DNA of 64,000 nt from Azolla caroliniana (lineage: Eukaryota; Plantae; Polypodiophyta): positions 11,780,001-11,844,000 of the forward strand of contig JBHGNT010000014.1 of NCBI GenBank assembly GCA_043228905.1, in the 5' to 3' direction. The notes beneath the pieces are model-generated. The model saw only the letters and a program-made list of their open reading frames with translations. It did not search any database and had not been told where the DNA came from. Below are positions 61,498 through 64,000 of the stretch, one piece after another. Positions within the stretch are counted from its first letter, which is position 1; each line of letters begins with the position of its first letter. Position numbers and translations under genes: made by a program.

Positions 61498-64000
61498 CCC
61501 GTCGAGCTCTGCGAGATGATACGTCGCGTTATCGTTGACGCTAATTACCATGTATGCTGGTTGTAGAGGTTGTTGTCGTAGACTAACACCCAATCGCCCT
61601 CCTTGATCATCCTTGGCCAGAGCCGGTGTGTTCGGTCGAACCGGGCCTTGTTCCGGATTCTCGTTTCTCTCACCCTCACCGTGGCCCGCTCCACGTCTTC
61701 CGGCCTTCGCTCGAGCTGCCAGATTCGAGCCGCTAGCAATTCTTCTCAGCTCATTTCGTTAGCCCAATCGATCGTTGTCCACGAGGCGATCGTTCGCTCT
61801 ACCGGCATGATGGGTTTCTGTCCAAACATTAGTTCCGTCGGCATGTACCCTGTCATCGAACTATGGGTAGTCCTGTCCGCCCACAACGCGTAAGGGAGCA
61901 ACCTCGGCCAGTCTCCGACTCATCCTTCGCACGCGCGTACAATGGCTTTTACGATCGGACCGTGGCCCCGCTCAATCTTTCTGTTTGCCTCCGGGTTGTA
62001 CGCCGTCGTGAGGGACAGTTTTACGCCTAACCGATCGAATAGTTCCTTGGCCTCTTCCGTGTCCAGCTCACCTTGATCAGCCACGATTTTCCCCACGCAC
62101 CCGTATCGGCATATGACATCTTCAATCAGAAACTTACATATTGCTGCGGTGGTCTTTTTCGTTAGTGCTCGCCCCTCCACCTAGTTCATTAGGTCTTCTC
62201 TAACCAGCACCAGGTATCGCTTCTGACCCTCTCCTATCGGCATCGTTACTAAGTCGACCATCCATTTGAAGTGCACGGTCGGGGGGTACGTTGGGTGCAG
62301 CTCGTCGTGGTGTCAAACCACCGAGTGCATTAGGCAGCTTTCACACATGGACACGAAGTCGTGCACACTCTTATACATACCCGACCACCAGTATTTCTCC
62401 TTTAACTTCTCGAATGTGCCCCATGTACTCCGGTGTCCAGACCAAGGGCTTTCGTGGAACTCCGATATTAGCTTCTCTTGATCATCCACCCGCGTTATTA
62501 CTCAGAGCGGCGCGTCGTTTCGCCTTTTTGGGACCCTCCAGATTTTCCCGTTCCATCAGAAGTATCGGTATGCCCTTTTTCGCAGTTGTCCCGCCTCCTC
62601 CCTAGTCATCATAGGGTCCACCGTCATTGTTTTCAGAAACCTTCCAATTAGAAGCCACTCCCCGTCATAGTCGTCTTCGTCGAACTCGTTCAAGGGCGTA
62701 GCGCTTCGCCCTTTTATCCTCATCCTTGGCGATTCGAAGAAGTCCGCGCCGACTTCTTCGTTCTCCGATACCATGCTGTCCTCATCCTCGAACCTTGCTT
62801 TTGAAAGCATATCGGCCATGGCGTTATCTTTGCCCGAGATGTGTCGTATCTCTGGGTTCAGGTACTTGATGTGTGCAATCCACCTAAGCATGGCCAAGTC
62901 GGGAGTTGCGCATCCGGAGACCATACCGAGAATCGGTAGGTAGTTTGTTTCTATAATCACTTCTGTCTCGATTAGGTAATCTTTGTCAACCTTAACCGCC
63001 AAAACGATACCCCATAGCTCGCGCTTGACTTGGGCGTATCCTCGTGGTCGCTCACTCCGTACCTTCGCACCGAATTGGATAGGGAAACGCGTGCCGTCTT
63101 CGTCCTCTTGATTTATGACCCATCCGATCCCGGCCAGGCTAGTGTCCACCGTGATGTAGACTGGAGTTCCCGGTGCGCATTCTAGTTTGCGTAAAGCTGG
63201 TGCCGCGGTGAGCATTCGTTTTAGCCTTCGGACTGCCTTGGTATGTTCCTTTGTCCATTCAAATTTCCTGCTCTTCTTTAGCAAGCCATAGAGTGGTTCG
63301 GTGACGTGCGCGTAATGAGGAATCCATATGTGGTAAGGCGTATGCTCCTAAGAATCGCCAGACCTCTGTGATGGATCCACACTCCTCCTTCATTGCCGAG
63401 ATGGCCTCTACGTTGGTCGGCGATGGCTTCCGGCCGTACGACCCACATAGATGGCCCACCACTAAGATCTCTAGTTGTCCGAAGGCTGACTTTTCTCCCG
63501 AGAAGGTAACCCACGCGTCTTCGAGCCTCTATAGTATCTTCTCATAGTCGAAGATATGGTCCGTGACAAACCTTCGGCACCCGTCCGCGCCGATCGATTC
63601 ATCCTTGGTGTCCTCTGGACACCCCTTGATAGGGACGTCATCCAGGAAAGGCATGGTGATGTCCGGAATGCAATCCCGCAGGACTCTGTTCATTGCATTC
63701 ACCATGTGTGCCACCGAGTTGGTCCCTCCCTATGGTAGGGTACACATTCGAACTAGGTCGAGAGAGGTTCGCATTGTTGTGATGGCCCTGCTTTCCACGG
63801 CCAGCTGGAACTGGTCGTACCCCGAGTAAAGGTCTCCGACCGAGTATATGGACCTTCCGGCGAAGGCTTCCGCGAACTCATCGATCGACGGCCCAACTCT
63901 CGTATTGCGGATGGTCACCTTGTTGACCGGTTGTAAGTCTTGGATGAAGCGTAACGTACCGTTCTTCTTTGGTACCATAAACCACCGGTTAGAGCAAGGG
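61498..64000 (-). mobile_element. Gypsy G1 pol (RT, RNase H, integrase), degenerate, runs off the window end
   Basis: DLYSGYDQFQL, PFLDDVPIKG, YITVDTSLAGIG, DVICRYGCVGKIVADQGE, TTAYNPEAN. Confidence 0.9.

Overview
Plant nuclear DNA, most likely from a non-seed land plant, judging by the Tcn1-like chromovirus and a fungal-like tRNA-Trp-primed gypsy lineage. Roughly 85-90% of the window is a nest of decayed LTR retrotransposons: several copies of one Ty1/copia lineage ('A'), Tnt1/Tork-like copia ('B','C'), other copia remnants, a Tcn1-like chromovirus, a second chromovirus integrase and a non-chromovirus gypsy ('G1'). There are also solo LTRs, microhomology deletions and a ~3.8 kb segmental duplication. 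A small AT-rich gene island (~43.7-50.7 kb) holds one intact, intronless G-type lectin (S-domain, SD-2-like, non-RD) receptor kinase on the - strand and an orphan exon of an At4g15545/NAIP-like gene on the + strand. No RNA genes or CRISPR arrays were seen. The most unusual signals lie in the retroelements. Lineage A has a ~165-aa charged tail after RNase H between two polypurine tracts, and a conserved hairpin that holds the PPT in its loop. G1 has 4-bp CpG-centred target sites, a tRNA-Trp PBS and an 8-nt LTR-PBS spacer. The chromovirus retains a -1 frameshift signal. Family labels are my own, and all alignments were made by eye.
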